Below are positions 1 through 37,139 of a stretch of DNA of 64,000 nucleotides, piece after piece (the stretch's first letter is position 1; every line of letters starts with the position of its first letter). Location of the stretch: the NCBI GenBank assembly GCA_030248215.1, contig JASANG010001737.1, positions 1 through 64,000 on the forward strand. Direction: 5' to 3'. The notes under the pieces were generated by a model that did not search any database, was not told the origin of the DNA, and saw only the letters and a program-made list of their open reading frames with translations. A program made the position numbers and the translations under genes. Source of the DNA: Enoplolaimus lenunculus (taxonomy: Eukaryota).

Positions 1-1092
1 AGAGATAAAATGTCCGCACACAGTTTCGCAATAACAGTATAGCTAGCCTTTTTAAAACAGTATAAGGGGACGATGGATGTGCGGAGTGCATGTATAGTAA
101 CGTGTGAGTGACATGACAACGGGGTGTGGTCTCTGAAACTACCCACACTATGCAATATATGGCCCAATTTATTATAGGAATCGAATATCTTTAGTTTCTG
201 AAGTAAAGTTTTATTTTTAAAATATTTTTGGTGTACAAGCTTGACAACAGCATAACTGAGGTGGAAATAGGTTAATAGTGTGTCATTCATTAATGCTTTG
301 TGAAAAAGTTAGCAATTTTGTACCGTCACACGTTGGATCATGGGTAATATTTGACTTAATTTGCTACTTAAACAACATTAAATGTTATTTTGCTTGAAGA
401 ATGACTGTATGATCTGATGCAAGTCGTAAAATCTGCTACCATATGACCGAGCGGTGATTAATTTTGCGTAGGTCTTATTTTGACCATTGTGGGGCAAAAG
501 CTACAAGTTTCCTTATAATTGGCTGGTTTCGCTATGGTCTAAAATTTAAATCAATATGTTAGCATTTTTTGATCAAAGGGATTTCAATGTGTTATACATG
601 TTACTATTTCGTTTTAATAGCAAAAAACAAACAATTAGGGCTGCGCTATACTCGTTGCGTGCCGCCTGACGCCCCCGCGTTCTGCCACACTCAGCCGCAC
701 ACCAACAAATTGATTTTTCCTATATTTTTGCAATTTATTGCCCAGAAATACTACAGATATGATCTACTATAGTAAATACAACCAATATGGCGTACTAATA
801 GCGCTGACGCTACCATTTTCGCGTAGTTTTAATCTAGTAGTATCTTAGTATAATAATTATATATGTAAGCGTACGTTAGCTGTCTTGGTACGCTGAAATT
901 TTTATTTCTAAGATGTTCCAACGTGTGCAATTTTAACGCGACTACCACGCTAAATAGTTTGCAAAAATGTTTTCTGTACATTTGTTATAGTGGAAAGTAT
1001 TTCGACTAATAATATGTCTATACCGCATAATGAGGCAGTTTACTTGTATTGGCTCTTTGCAAAGTGCGAAAACTGAAAAGCACGATTGCCCC

Positions 1093-1307
1093 GGCCCATG
1101 TAAAGATCAGGGGCGGAACGTTTTTCTCCCGGCCCATGTAAAGATCAGGGGCGGAACGTTTTTCTCCCGGCCCATGTAAAGATCAGGGGCGGAACGTTTT
1201 TCTCCCGGCCCATTAGGAATATGTTTATTCTTACGCTTAGGTTAGGCTTATGCTTAGGCTTAGGAATATGCTTTTATACTGTTTCGCCCCTGTTCTTTAC
1301 ATTGGCC
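1093..1307. mobile_element. GGCC-ended MITE with TTAGGC core (left arm amplified in tandem)
   Basis: TIR GGCCCATGTAAAGATCAGGGGCGGAAC / GTTTCGCCCCTGTTCTTTACATTGGCC. Confidence 0.75.
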
Positions 1308-1381
1308 AAAGCCCCCAAGACTGTGCACAACGCCATGTTAACTTATTACTATTTTATATAATATCAACATCTGGTAACACA

Positions 1382-1395
1382 TAATATAATAATAA

Positions 1396-1478
<83 letters not shown>
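1382..1478. repeat. (AAT)n microsatellite
   Basis: Visible directly in the sequence. Confidence 0.95.
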
Positions 1479-1480
<2 letters not shown>

Positions 1481-3958
1481 CATACTGCACACACTAGAGA
1501 GCTGTCATATACCTAAAAAGGTGCCTATGTCATCTATAAGGTGGCCACAAACTTGCGCGGTTGATTGTGGTAAAAAATCGGCACACGATTTGTAGTTTTA
1601 AATTGGTATGAAACACGAAATTGATCAAGGTTAGGTTCCGAACTAAATGATGCATATATCTGCAATAAATGTTGTAACAACAGAAAAATCTCAAATACAC
1701 ATAGCAATCACTTAAATATTAATGAAGTATATACTATATATAGGCAGAGATGCAACTGGAATTTCGGCTTAATTAGGAAACCATTTGTATAGCATACTTT
1801 TTAGCACCGTAAGACTGCTTGTGGAACCGGACTGAAATGTAGTTATTAAACCTATTAGGAAATGCAATTTTAATTTGCACCAGTTCGCAGGACACAGTGG
1901 TGCGGCAGCGTTGAACGACGCGCGGTTGCATCCGTCTCAGTAAAGTATGGATTGCGCTATAATTTACTAAGCCGGACGTACGCCGCAGCGCCACCAGAAT
2001 CCGCCACACGCCACCGACGCAGTCGCGCGTTGCTGGAATATTCTGTCGGTAGAATTTTTAATAAAACATTTTACGGCGCCGCGCAGCGCCTAGCGACGTT
2101 GTAAGTTTGCCTATTTCTATATATTATAGAAGTAGTTATAACCCCCCCCCCCCCATGCGACCCCACGTAGGTGGCTGGTTATAACTACTTATAGAGGGTG
2201 TAAACGGATAGTAAATAACGGAAATGGATACTAATCCCATGGGACCCCACGTAGGTGGCTGGTTATAACTACTTATAGAGGGTGTAAACGGATAGTAAAT
2301 AACGGAAATGGATACTAATCAAAATAACGGAAACGGAAACAGAAATAGGATATTGGAGTATCAAAGTTTCAAAAATGTTAAATTTTTTACCAACCCAATT
2401 GAGGCGTGCATATATTCACCGGTTTTTCAAAAATGTTAAAGAAAAAATGGCGGATGCATCGAACTTTTTAAGGCTTTGGATGGATTTTGTGATTTTTATT
2501 TCATTTCAAACAATTGTAGCACATTTGTAAAGAAAAATTGCGAGGTATATACGTGATTTATAGTTAATTTTGAACCGAAAAATACCAGAATTTCCATTAT
2601 TTCTATAGTGGAAACGGAAACGGACGCCGATTTTTACCGGAAACGGAAACGAATATCCGGTTACACCCTCGGTATTTGGCCTAAGCCAAACTGCAATTTG
2701 TTTAGAATAGCAGATTAGCCTAGGACAATTGGTAATTGGCCTCAATAGCAGATTGGCCGTCGACATATATACGCAGCTTGGCTACTGTAAAAACTTTTAC
2801 GTATAAAAAAAGGTTTACTGAAAAAACGGTTCAAAGACAGCCAGCTAATATTAACTGATGTGTTACATCTGCCAAAGTTTAATCGTTTCCTTCTGAATAC
2901 TGAAAAGTAAACAGATAAAAATGTTCGTAAATTAATATTTCACACGTGGCCATCGTACTTTGTACCCATTGTTTGCTCAAAAACACTGGAAATATTAACC
3001 TGTTGCAGGGGCGTATACAAGAAAGAATAGTAAGCTCTGTAGCCAAGGTATGATACAAAGTTGAGCTGGTCAGAAGGGTATCACGACAATTCGTCGTCCG
3101 AAACTTGGCCCCCGACAACTTGTAATCCAAAATTTCATTGACTCCACCGACAATTCGTCACCGGTCGTTTTGCGTTAGTCTTAGGGTTAGGTTTACGCTT
3201 AGGATTATGCTTAAACTTATTCATTGGATTTACGACACTGTTGCGCTACAAGTTGTCGGACGCCGATTTATCGTAGATTCGGTCAGATGTTACTGTGTGC
3301 AAGGACAATAATCAAATCTAAACGACGTTTCAGTTTTAGTTATTGAAACATATCACAAATTAAGCAATAAGTAGTGTAAATAATTGAAAATACATTTCAC
3401 AAATAGAAAACCTTTTTCAAGTTGACGTCAGCTAAACACTAAGCATCAAATCTAGGCATACAACTAAACTTAATATAGCAAGCTTAAACTTTTACACCAG
3501 CACGTAACAGCTTGTAATTTGTTTTGCGATGACGTAATTTACGTGAGCTTAATCCTAAACCTAAAGCGAATGTTTAAGACCTGCGATATTGAGCGCACCC
3601 TGTTTTTTACAAGCCTAACAGTTCATGTTAATTATAGGAGTATGCTTACAGGCCGTAAACCTAAACTAAAGTCTAAACCTAAGCTAAAAACCCCAATCAG
3701 GAAGTCGTCCAGGCGTTTTATAATTAATATAGGCCAGCCTAATCCTATGCGTTAGTCGGTTTATAGACTGCGGCTTTACGCGGAAACTGTTTTCTGCATG
3801 CATTAATTCTAAGCCTAATCCTAAGCGGATATATAAATACTATGACTTCATTCACGACTTGGTTTGCATCTTAAAGCCCTATACCATGGTCTAAGCCTAA
3901 ATGAACGCTCAATTTCTAGTTCTGTGTTCGGAACCATTTCTATGCAAAGGCAACCGGG

Positions 3959-4114
3959 CAGGCCCGTAACAAACAGGGGGACAGGCCTACCGTGAAAAAA
4001 AATTAGCCCCCTCTTGAAAGTTTTCAACATTACTTATAAGTCATAAAAAACCCTTGTATGCCCCACCTGAAAACTTTTTAATCCCCCTAGCAAGGTGAGC
4101 TGGCTACGGACCTG
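3959..4114. mobile_element. hAT-like MITE
   Basis: CAGGCCCGTA...TACGGACCTG with perfect 8-bp TSD CAACCGGG; relatives near 4450-4625, 5245-5305, 22060-22232, 23225-23390 and 26610-26777. Confidence 0.85.
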
Positions 4115-4126
4115 CAACCGGGTCTA

Positions 4127-4249
4127 TTAATTATTGTGTTCCGACGCAGAAACTTCTGTCGCTTTGTTTGCTGGTATCTGCCGTTGTTGCCATTTTTCGC
4201 CATACAAACATACATACCATTGATTTCGAAGCGAATCACTCAGTGATTT
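4127..4249 (-). CDS. candidate iGluR terminal exon (cytoplasmic tail)
   Basis: CTTCAG acceptor in phase 0, KSLSDSLRNQWYVCLYGEKWQQRQIPANKATEVSASEHNN*. An internal GTATGT donor at 4217 is also possible; no homology support. Confidence 0.35.
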   Translation of the reverse strand, partial: KSLSDSLRNQWYVCLYGEKWQQRQIPANKATEVSASEHNN

Positions 4250-5535
4250 CTGAAGCAATAAGACTAGTGTATAATTGTATATTATGTATTTTTGAATAAA
4301 TTTAAATTACATAAAATTTGTAAATTTTGAACTTAAAACAGGAACCGGCAAACAATTGCGGATGTGCGTCTTGTCCACCAGTTCAGTCATGATGGCAACT
4401 TTGATTTCCAACATATTCATTAACAGTACCGAATGCGTTTTCGTAAACGACAGCCGGACCGTAGCCAAAGTTGAACAAATACGGCTCAAATTCTCGCCCC
4501 GGAAGAATTTAGCCCTCCGTTAGAAAATTTTCAGCCTTTGCTTGTATGTCATCAAAAATCATTTTATGCCCCTCCTGAAAAATGTTTATTCATCTACCAG
4601 TAAAGGTGAGCTGGCTACTGGCCTGGTTATTAGTCATCAACAAAGTCATCGAAAACCCTTGTATGCTTCTCCTCAAGAATGGATCTATGTTGGATCCCAA
4701 GATCGATCACCCCTCTCCAAACCAGACCGAGATCAATCGGAATTTTACGTGCGTTATAATTTACCTTTGATACAAATATTACGCTTTCGTTCAAAACCCA
4801 ATGGGCCAAAACGAAGCTACTTTAAACCTAATGGGTCCGCCGTTTGGTTTTCAGTGGAAGTCAGGCCAACCGTAGACACGGCTCAGACCTAATCTTTGTG
4901 ACGAAACTTGAACAAAAATGCGCAACTTCGTTTTCGCTCGTTTTGCTCGCGAATATTAACACCTACTTTACTACGTACGGGTTGACAATAATTGCTTAAC
5001 AAATGTTCCCATACTTTAATAGGTTATAAGCTTAAATTTGCGCTTACTGTTCAAGACCAGGTGCCGAAAAAAACAATTTCGAATAATTTTTCCCTATGTG
5101 GTAACGTGATAAAAATTCTTACAATGAGGTCCCAACGCCATGATCAGAGGGGTGGTCTTGGATACCCTAGATGCGGCACTGACATATTTACATACATACA
5201 AAAAATCGCACCTCGGATCCCTCCAACCAGAAAATCCTAGACTAGTCGTTGCCCCTCCTGAAAATTTTTCAGCCTCCCCTAGTAAAGCGAGCTGGCTACG
5301 GGTTTGTCGGACAGGGGTTAGGGACACAAATAAAACCCAGAACAGGACAGTTTCCAACATCACCAACAATTTTCAATCTTAGGTTCAAACACTGAAGTAT
5401 TTACTACGCTCATGTTGTGTAAGCTTAAACGTTCTAAAACACAAAAAAGTATCAACTTCTACCGGAAACCTTGGGATCAAGCTTTGATTGAATTGAACAT
5501 AATACTAAAAAAACCAGTTTTAAAATATTTCTAAC

Positions 5536-28378
<22,843 letters not shown>

Positions 28379-31077
28379 TTTTAATTTAACAGGATTAAGC
28401 ACTACTCGGAAGAGAGCCGGCTTCTACGGGTTAGCGTTTGAACAATGTACGATTCAGTAAATATATTATCTATTTCGATTAAGGACTCACAATTAAAAAT
28501 AGCGCACTCCTGCGATTCAAGCATAAAATTCACTGTACTTACAAGCGGTTCCATGCGTTAATTGAAAAGGTGTTAATATCTGAAAAGGGAAAATATGTAC
28601 AACAACCCAAAAACCATAAAACAACAAAAACAGCAACAAAAAAGAAAAAATATACAAATTAAAGTATACTTCATTTCAGCGACGCTTTTAGGATTTTCCC
28701 GAGTGCAAGGATTCATACTTCGTACAGTTTTAAAGCGAGGTCTTTAGCAAACTTTTCAATATCACACATCCTTCATGCATCTATCGCTGCTTGATTTGCC
28801 AAAATTTTCATTGTTACTCACATATTTAAAAATTATAAAAAGCGACCGAAGCCGAAAAAAATTAAACCGGAAAACCGTTTTCTTGAAACGCGAACATCGA
28901 AATCGAAAATTACAAAAAATCGGTGAAATTTAAAATGTTTCCAATTGAACAAATCATTGCTGCTTTTATAACTGCAACGGAATTCAACAGTGAAAAACAT
29001 ACCAACAAACACTACTTGGTTCGGAACAGACTTTGAAAAAGCTGAGCGGCTAAAATATTGTGTTTTTAACACGGCATTGACAAAAAAGCCTAAGCCTAAA
29101 GCTAGAGCCTAAACTCAAGCCTGTGGGGAAAGTAGACACTAGAGCTTGCAATGGCATGCTTTAATATTAAGGCAATGCCACTAACGGACGAAGTTGTATT
29201 TTAAATGCCCTTACTTCACTCCTTCTGGTTCCATCTCTCGATACGCGTAAAGCTATTTAATTACGTTAAGTGCGTTTTATGTACGTCTTTCCTGAAACGC
29301 ATTCAGGTTGATTTGTGAAATACGAACCAGATTGTCGTAGTTGAATTTAAGCTTAAAACGTCCCGTTTAACTGTCCTTATGTATCAATATTTGGAAGCAG
29401 TTTAAGCGAATTTAATTCTTCAATCCTATAAATTCCAGTGAGTTGGTTTTAACTCAGAATGAGTTCACTCCACTCAGAAGTATGAGCCTAGTCTTTCAGA
29501 ACTCAGAATTCTAGATTGATTGAACTTATTCTGAGTAAATTAATCAACTCACCCGGAATTAAACCAACTCAAAGCGAGGCGATGTATTGTATTTATTAAC
29601 TCAGAAACTACATGTAGAAGTTACTAATTCGCTCTGTGCGAGTTGGTTAATAATTAACACACCGGAATTTACACTGAAATAGCTTACCTAATACGCGGCC
29701 CGCCTGTTCAAAAGAACAGGAACGATAGGCAGATATTTATTGCGCAACCTCGGGCGCCTACCGAAAGTTTCAGGACCCACCCCGATGTGAAAACTTCTCG
29801 GATTCGAAGATATAGTTTTTATAATCCAGCATTGTTTGTACGATCGGTTCCCATCCAATAGCCGTGATTTGAATCCCTGTGTGAAATTAGCTGTCGGATA
29901 GAACAGAAAATATTCATGGAAGAAATAGTAAAAACGTTCAGCAACTCAAAATCAAAATCACATTCAATGATTAGTCAACGGAGGTTCGGAAAAATGATTC
30001 ATTTTAAAAAACATAAAAACCTTTTAAAGTAAAAAACTGAACCAAAATCCAGCACATACACCAATATACATATATACATATATATCAATATATATATAAT
30101 ATATTATATATTATATATATTATATATCTACATATATTTGTTTTTATATCTTCTTTCGTAAACAGTATTCAGAAATACTTATTGCTTTTACATTACTTTT
30201 ATACATATGTCCAGGATCGCATCTACAAGACCGAGAAATAGTCGCCCTGCGCTCTGCAGACAACTTAGCCCTCCGGCCCACAAATTTTTAACAGCATTAA
30301 AAACTTTTTATGCAAAGAAAACTTTTCTTGCAAGTTCTAACAAAACCTTCTCCTCCCCCCCCCCAACGCCACTCAACATTCCGTTTTGAAGGGGAACAGC
30401 ACATACACTTCTACTGTCCCAGCGAAAACCGAACCGCTAAAACCGTTTTCCATCAAACGACCGTGAAAAATAATTAAATTTGAAGTCTTGAAAATTGACT
30501 TTCGTCTAAATGAGACATGGTTTCATTCGCTTGTGTTGGGATGGCACGGGTGCGTACCGTAAGCGGGGGGGGGCAGTGGGATCGAAGCAACCGGTATCTA
30601 TTTTGTATTCATTTCTGTCTGGTAAAGGAAACAGGTTCATACAGGTATCGTTAACGATTTGCCAGTGTTATATCTTAAAAGGGAATATTTGAGCCATTTT
30701 TTGGATGCTACTCCCTCACCAATCCAAATTGCTTCGGTGCCCTACTTTGAGATGGATGGCCTGAGGCATATTCGAGGAGGGTGTATAGGAACATATACCA
30801 GTTGAAATGTCAGTACAATTGAATAAAATGTATACAATATAAAATTGAATTGCTTCGTAGTACTGGTTAGAAAACCTTTTTTCGCTAGCTACACGCTTTT
30901 AACAAGGGCATCCGGCAGGGGGAGGGGCATTGGCGGACCATGACCCCCAAATTTGGCCGATGCCCCCAACTAGACTTGGTCGAAAAGTAAAGAATCTTTA
31001 ATTGCAATTATTGATGGGGACCAACAAATTATTCGGTCAACCCAAATATAATTTTGTGCCAACGCCCTTGGCTTTTT

Positions 31078-31230
31078 AGCCAATATATAGAACAGGGCCG
31101 TAACAGTAGCATAAGCATAAGTATTCCTAAGCTTAATATTAAGCCTAAGCGTAAGAATGAGCTTAAACCTTAACCGTACTGTATTGCAGTGCCGCATTAA
31201 AACGTTCCGCCCCTGATCAATACATGGACC
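31078..31230. mobile_element. GGCC-type MITE in reverse orientation (GCCTAA core)
   Basis: Same TIR family; flanks GGCTTTTT / CGCTTTTG. Confidence 0.7.
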
Positions 31231-34200
31231 CGCTTTTGCATATATATTTCGGCCCATATTTCTTCAAAATGCAATGAAACCCGTGCTAAATGAAATCCTG
31301 TATGCTCTTGGGTAAAATAGGCACCTACAACAACAGTGTAACATGTAACATTTTCAAGTGAGAAAATTTAATACACTGTAGAACGGAAATTTTTTTACGA
31401 AAAAGTAGTAAGGTCGATGATTCTTAAGTTTAAGTATCTTACAAATTACAAAAATTGCCTTTTTCATTCTTGGACGCCTTTCTCACACACCGTTTCTGTC
31501 AACATTACAAATAGCGCCGCAGCGTATGTGGGTCCGCTCGTTTCGGATCAGCTGCTGCGTCCCTTGGTGTGTTTCGACGACGGATTCACGGCTATTTTGT
31601 ATGGCTGTTTTACAGGATACAACCGGACAACACCTACGGCTGCGGTAAAATTTCTGCCGGAGGTTCGGCAATTTCGGTTGTGAAATTTTTAATATTTTGT
31701 ACCAGTTGTTCCATTTACCTACTGAAGTTCGTATGTAGTCGATATTTTAATAGCCAAGAGAAAGCTTAAAACCAATTTTTCACGACATTTAGTAATTTTC
31801 AATGTTTAAATCAGCAAATTTACTACCATCTCAACTGCCTAATTTTGCTTTACCATCGCATCTGGCTCTGGTTCTGTTTTACTTGAGGTTTATCTGTTAT
31901 TTTGTGGAAATAATCTTGGATTAAAAGTTTCGCGAGCGTTGCTTTTGATACACATCACCTTTATACGCAACTGGTGAAAATTATTTTTCAGAAACGCAAA
32001 ACATACGTCACATTTGCTTTTGAAAATTCAGACCTGTACTATTAATTTCAAACTCCGCCTTTATAGCGAAACAATTCCACTGATGTTAACAGTAAGTTGG
32101 ATTTCGCGATTACCTCCAAGGATGTCGGCTCAGGATGGATCCACTCCGGACATGGGAGACCTCTCGTCCTGATTAAAGGCTACCATCTAGTGAAGTTAAA
32201 GGAGCTGAGAATGGGCAGCAATTCTAAATACCACCTTTAACTTTACAGTTATAGGTTGAGATGTTTCAAAACCAATCCAAAACCAAAAACTTAAGTCTAT
32301 CACTCTCGTGATCATCGGAACCAGATTTGAAAAACTTTACTTTATACGCATTCAATTTAGTTTTTGAGTTTAAGTATTGGACATTGATAAATGCCTGTTC
32401 AAAAGCGTTTCTAAAAGCAATACGTCTTATAACCGAAAATGGCTGTAAAACGTTTTGTTGTAGAAAGACAGTTTATATTTTAGCTGATTTTAGCATTTGA
32501 AACGTGGTTGCGGTCCGTGTTAATAACGGCGCCTACCCGCATATGTGACAATGAAGACTAGGGCCTGTAGAAATTGGTGAGCCTTATAGGCTCAGAATCA
32601 GGCTTTTGGCTTTATGAGCGGCAGAGTGGGACATTACCCGCGCGGGTCGGGTAACGGATTTCAGCCGCGGGTATACCCGCGACAGTATACATTTGGATCA
32701 CGCGAGTAAAAAATTTAGTTGTTTTATTTCCGGTCAGTTGCTGGCCGCTGTTTTATTATAGTTCAGTTTGAAATTTTGTTGATTCTAGTAAACTTTCGTG
32801 TGTAAAGTTTCGTTGAAGTTACAACACAAAACTTCATTTAAGTGCAAAGCACCTGCGATCTTTAAAAAACTGGTTTAACTTCAGGCACAGGTAAAAAGTG
32901 TGTCGTGGGTAGATCTTTTCGCGCGGGTATACCCGCGGGTAAAAAATTCATATTTGCATGGGTAAAGCGCAGGTCGGGTACAAAAATTCTTACCCACATT
33001 CTACTCTCCGTGGAGACTCTGATGAAGAGGCGTTTATGCCATCTTTTCAATACGTTCCCTAAAATTCTCGTTTATGACTATAACTGTCTAAAATTCTTGA
33101 TAAATTTACTCTAAAGTCATAAGTTTGCCCGACGTCCAACCGAAACAAAAGTCAACCACCGATTCCATGCCGAAAATCAACTTCAAGCTTATTGCCCGCA
33201 CGATCCGTGATTTTGTCTGTAACTATGGGACAATTATTGAATTTATGATCGCTTTATGAAGCTATAACAATCAGTTCCAAAATTTTTTGACGCCAGCTTT
33301 GATCCAAGCATTGTAACCATGGCCGAAAACCATTATGAACACTTCATCGCAACGTAACCAAGAGTTGACCAGTTGAAGGATTAAAGCTACATGTTCAATG
33401 TGTTACTTATTTTGCATGGTAATTTTCCTGAGCAGGAAATTTTAAGTCTTTTATAGCAATTAATGTTTTGTTGTTTGTTTGTCAAACATATGTTCAAAAA
33501 CAAAAAAATATCTCCCACACTGAATCGGAAAATAAGACGAATCTCCTCGAGTCAATTGTAAATCCTCTTTTATTTCAAATCTAATATACCAACACAGCGT
33601 TAGTATGATTTACCAGTTTGCTTTTGGGAGGCTGCGGCATATTATAGATTGAAAAACACCTAAAAACACCATGTATCATAAGGACCAGAACAGCGTTCTA
33701 AATATGCACCTAAGGTTGTTTTTAGACCGTCATCTTAAACAGCGGAGCGAAAACAAAGAATGCCCAAAACCGAGAAATGTGCTTGTAAATCTGGCACCAT
33801 CTTCTATATACACATGAGCGCGTTCCATATACCGGTATAGTAAGCAATAACTAAAGCAAACGGGTTGTTTTTAATAAAAAATGCTAGGTATATGTACACA
33901 CTGTTGGTAGTGAACTATTTGCCTGCTAGTTTATCTTGTGACAGGTTTTGAAAACCAGAATGCATGCATTTTGCTTGCGGTTTATACTGTTGCACCAGTG
34001 TGAAATTCCAAAATACAAATTGTATTATTTACTGGAAGGTGGATGAAACGCAATTGTTACTGTAAATGCTATATATGTGCGAATGTTCCGAGGGAAAAAT
34101 TGTAAGGTGGCGTTAATAATATTTTATCACAAAACAATTTTGTGACGTAGGGCAGGGCATACGTCCGGCTTCGGAATACCTAATGGAGGTATTTATAAAT

Positions 34201-36451
34201 TAAATTTTATGCTACAAGTGGTAAAAAATGCAGTATATATTTATTCGAAGCCTACCCTTTCTTTTTGAGACGGCCTGGATGCGGTCTCTATTAAAAGCAG
34301 TTGATGTTCCGGGGTGTAAATTTTACCAAAATTGTAAAATAGGAACAACACTCATTCCCACAAATTTAATGAAATTTTGGTTTGCTAGGGTAAATGAAAC
34401 TTGTAAAAATTATGCTTTCAACAATATGAAAAAGAACTGAATTTTTCCGAGGGATCGTTCACAAGTGACCCCCTTAAATTTGCCATATTTGCCCCCCCCC
34501 CCTGATTTCGAAAAACCTATTTTCGATCCTAACATGCAAAACTTCCTTAAATAAATTTGCGTATATACTGTATACGCAACACAAACACGTGTTACGTATT
34601 AATTTGTATACTAATGATTACTACGGTGTGAACGGCTTATAGTACAATATATAAATAGATCATCAACATTTTGGCACTGTGTCGCCGATTGGATAAGGCG
34701 CTGGCCTTTCAAGACGAACTTCGTGGGGTCGCAGCTTTCCAATGGCGATTGTTTTTGCATACTTTATTTTTTGATTTTTTATGGCAGATGCATTCAAGTT
34801 GGGCTTAATTCAGGCCTGTGGCCAGCTTAACATCCCGTTTTCGTAGGGAGCGTCAAAAATTTTGGAAGGCCACAGAGGACTTCGCATGACTTTATACGAC
34901 CGGTGTTTAAATTTTTTTTTGCTACGGGTACGCTTTCCAAACTCCTGTCGGACTGCAGCCTCAAGTGAACATTTCATACAAAGCACGCATTTTAACTGGC
35001 AGAAGCAACGTAAATTAAAATTTTGCCAATCGTTGCCTCAGAAGAGTAATAGACCTACAAAAGAGTCGCAAAAACAATCTAAAACGCTTAATTTATATAA
35101 GCGCCATATTGATTATCAATGCTGCAAGACCAAAAGTCATGGTTCCAATAAAAAATTATCTGTTACAGGAGCCGTGTTCTGGAATATAATTAAACGACAA
35201 CAACTTCGTAGTAAAGAAGTTTCAGATAGAGGAGCGTCCATTCTGGTGCGTTCTAGTTCACTTCCATCTTCAGTGACATAAATGGAGAATCGCTAAAGTG
35301 CTTATTGCTTAATGGTAATTTTTAGTAGGTAATTGTTGATGCTAAAACTCAATAAAGTTTTAATAAAAGAATGGAATAGATTAAAGTATTGAGTGTAATG
35401 TGTTCACCACGTTGTATTGCCACTTTTAGAGGCTGCTTATTCAGTATTAAATGCAGCAATTGACATTTTACCGGGTTTCTCGTATGAATATTTTCTGTTT
35501 CGTCTGAGAACTAATTTGAAGGTCGAGCGGGAGGCGCTGCTGCTCTGCCAACCCGTACAGCAATTAGAAGATAGTCGCTTACACCCAAGGGTGGTATCAC
35601 GACTACCGTAGACTTTTTTCTTTGTACACGCTTTAATCATGATTAGATCTTGTGCGTTGTGCGTATATTATCACAGGTACAAGTTTATTCTTTCACAGCA
35701 TAATCGGCCGAGCCGAAGTGACCAAGGCAGTGCCGATGTGCCGATTTTTCCAGGTGCGCCCCCCCCAACTGATAATTGTGGTGCAAGACAAATGTGACAA
35801 AAATTTTATAGATGTTTGTTTTGTGCACTTTGTATTAAATGCCTGGAACCGTAAGTGATGTTGGAGCAGTAAACGGTATCCATGATATGCAATATGCATA
35901 TTGGTTCTGTATTTGTGTAGTAACCGACGTTAGCGGTGATTCACGGGGAATGCTGGAAATTATATTGACATTTTGTCATAAAAATAGTAAAACGACAGAT
36001 GGTTGAAAGAGGGATCAGAGCTTTTCCCTATTTAGCTTATTCCTATTAAACCTAAGCGTAAACCTAAACGTAAACGTTATAAACGTAAAAAAACCTCGTG
36101 AACAGAGCGAGCTGGAGAAGACAGACGCCTTTGTGCATTTAGATCCAAAAGCAAAAAGTTTTGAAGTACTGAAACATACCCATCCACCCTGTTTGTGAAA
36201 CCTTGCGAGCACAGCGAGCGACAAGCCAGACAAGCTTATTTCATTTTTAAAATTACGCTTAGCCTCTGGTTTACATTTAGGCTCTTAGTATTTTGGACTG
36301 GTCTTTGGTGGGGCGGGGCGGAAAATGCAGCAAGCGGGGCTTAACGAGAGGGACAAGCAATAGCGAATACGTGGCGGGTTGAGCTCTAATAAAAAACACC
36401 GAACGTGGGCAGCTAAAATATTTGTTCCAGTTGAACCTATATTTTACAATA

Positions 36452-36701
36452 GGTACGACAACTCGTCAACCCGACGAGTTGTCTGGACAACAAATTGTCG
36501 GGATCGACGAGTTGTTGGGGTCGACGAATTGTCGAGGCGATAAGTTGTCGGGGCCGGTGAGTTGTGGGGCGACAAATTGACGGGGTCCACGAGTTGTCGA
36601 GGCGACAAGTTGTCAGGCCGACGAGTTGTCGGGGGTTGACGAAGTGTCAGACTGCGAATTGCCGGTCGTCGAGTTGTTGGGCGACGAATTGACGTGACAC
36701 C
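36452..36701. repeat. 15-16-bp degenerate tandem array (GACGAGTTGTCG), likely a DNA-transposon terminus
   Basis: Roughly 15 units ending in GTGACACC; related ends at ~3077-3280 and ~13465-13642. Confidence 0.7.
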
Positions 36702-36970
36702 TCTCATAAATAGAGTACCGTCGGACAGGAAGACTCAGAACAAAACAGCTGTTTTTTTCTATGACGTATTGGCAAAGCCGCATGGGCATATGCGTAATGT
36801 GACGAAGTGTACGCCGTTCAGAGTGCGTGCCAGTAGGCTGGCGGGTATGCTAGATTTGGGCGATTTTTGGATTTCTAATGTGGTAACACTATATATAATT
36901 AAGAACTTTGGGAGTCGCATGTGGGGTACAATTTTTTACAGTAGTGTAGGCAGTATAGCTTGATTGACCC

Positions 36971-37139
<169 letters not shown>

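Noticed and set aside
33005..33060. Hammerhead ribozyme (CTGATGA followed by a stem)
   Set aside because: The required GAAA core after stem II is missing
35417..35860. Small intergenic gene
   Set aside because: Some splice-like signals, but no coherent model or recognisable protein
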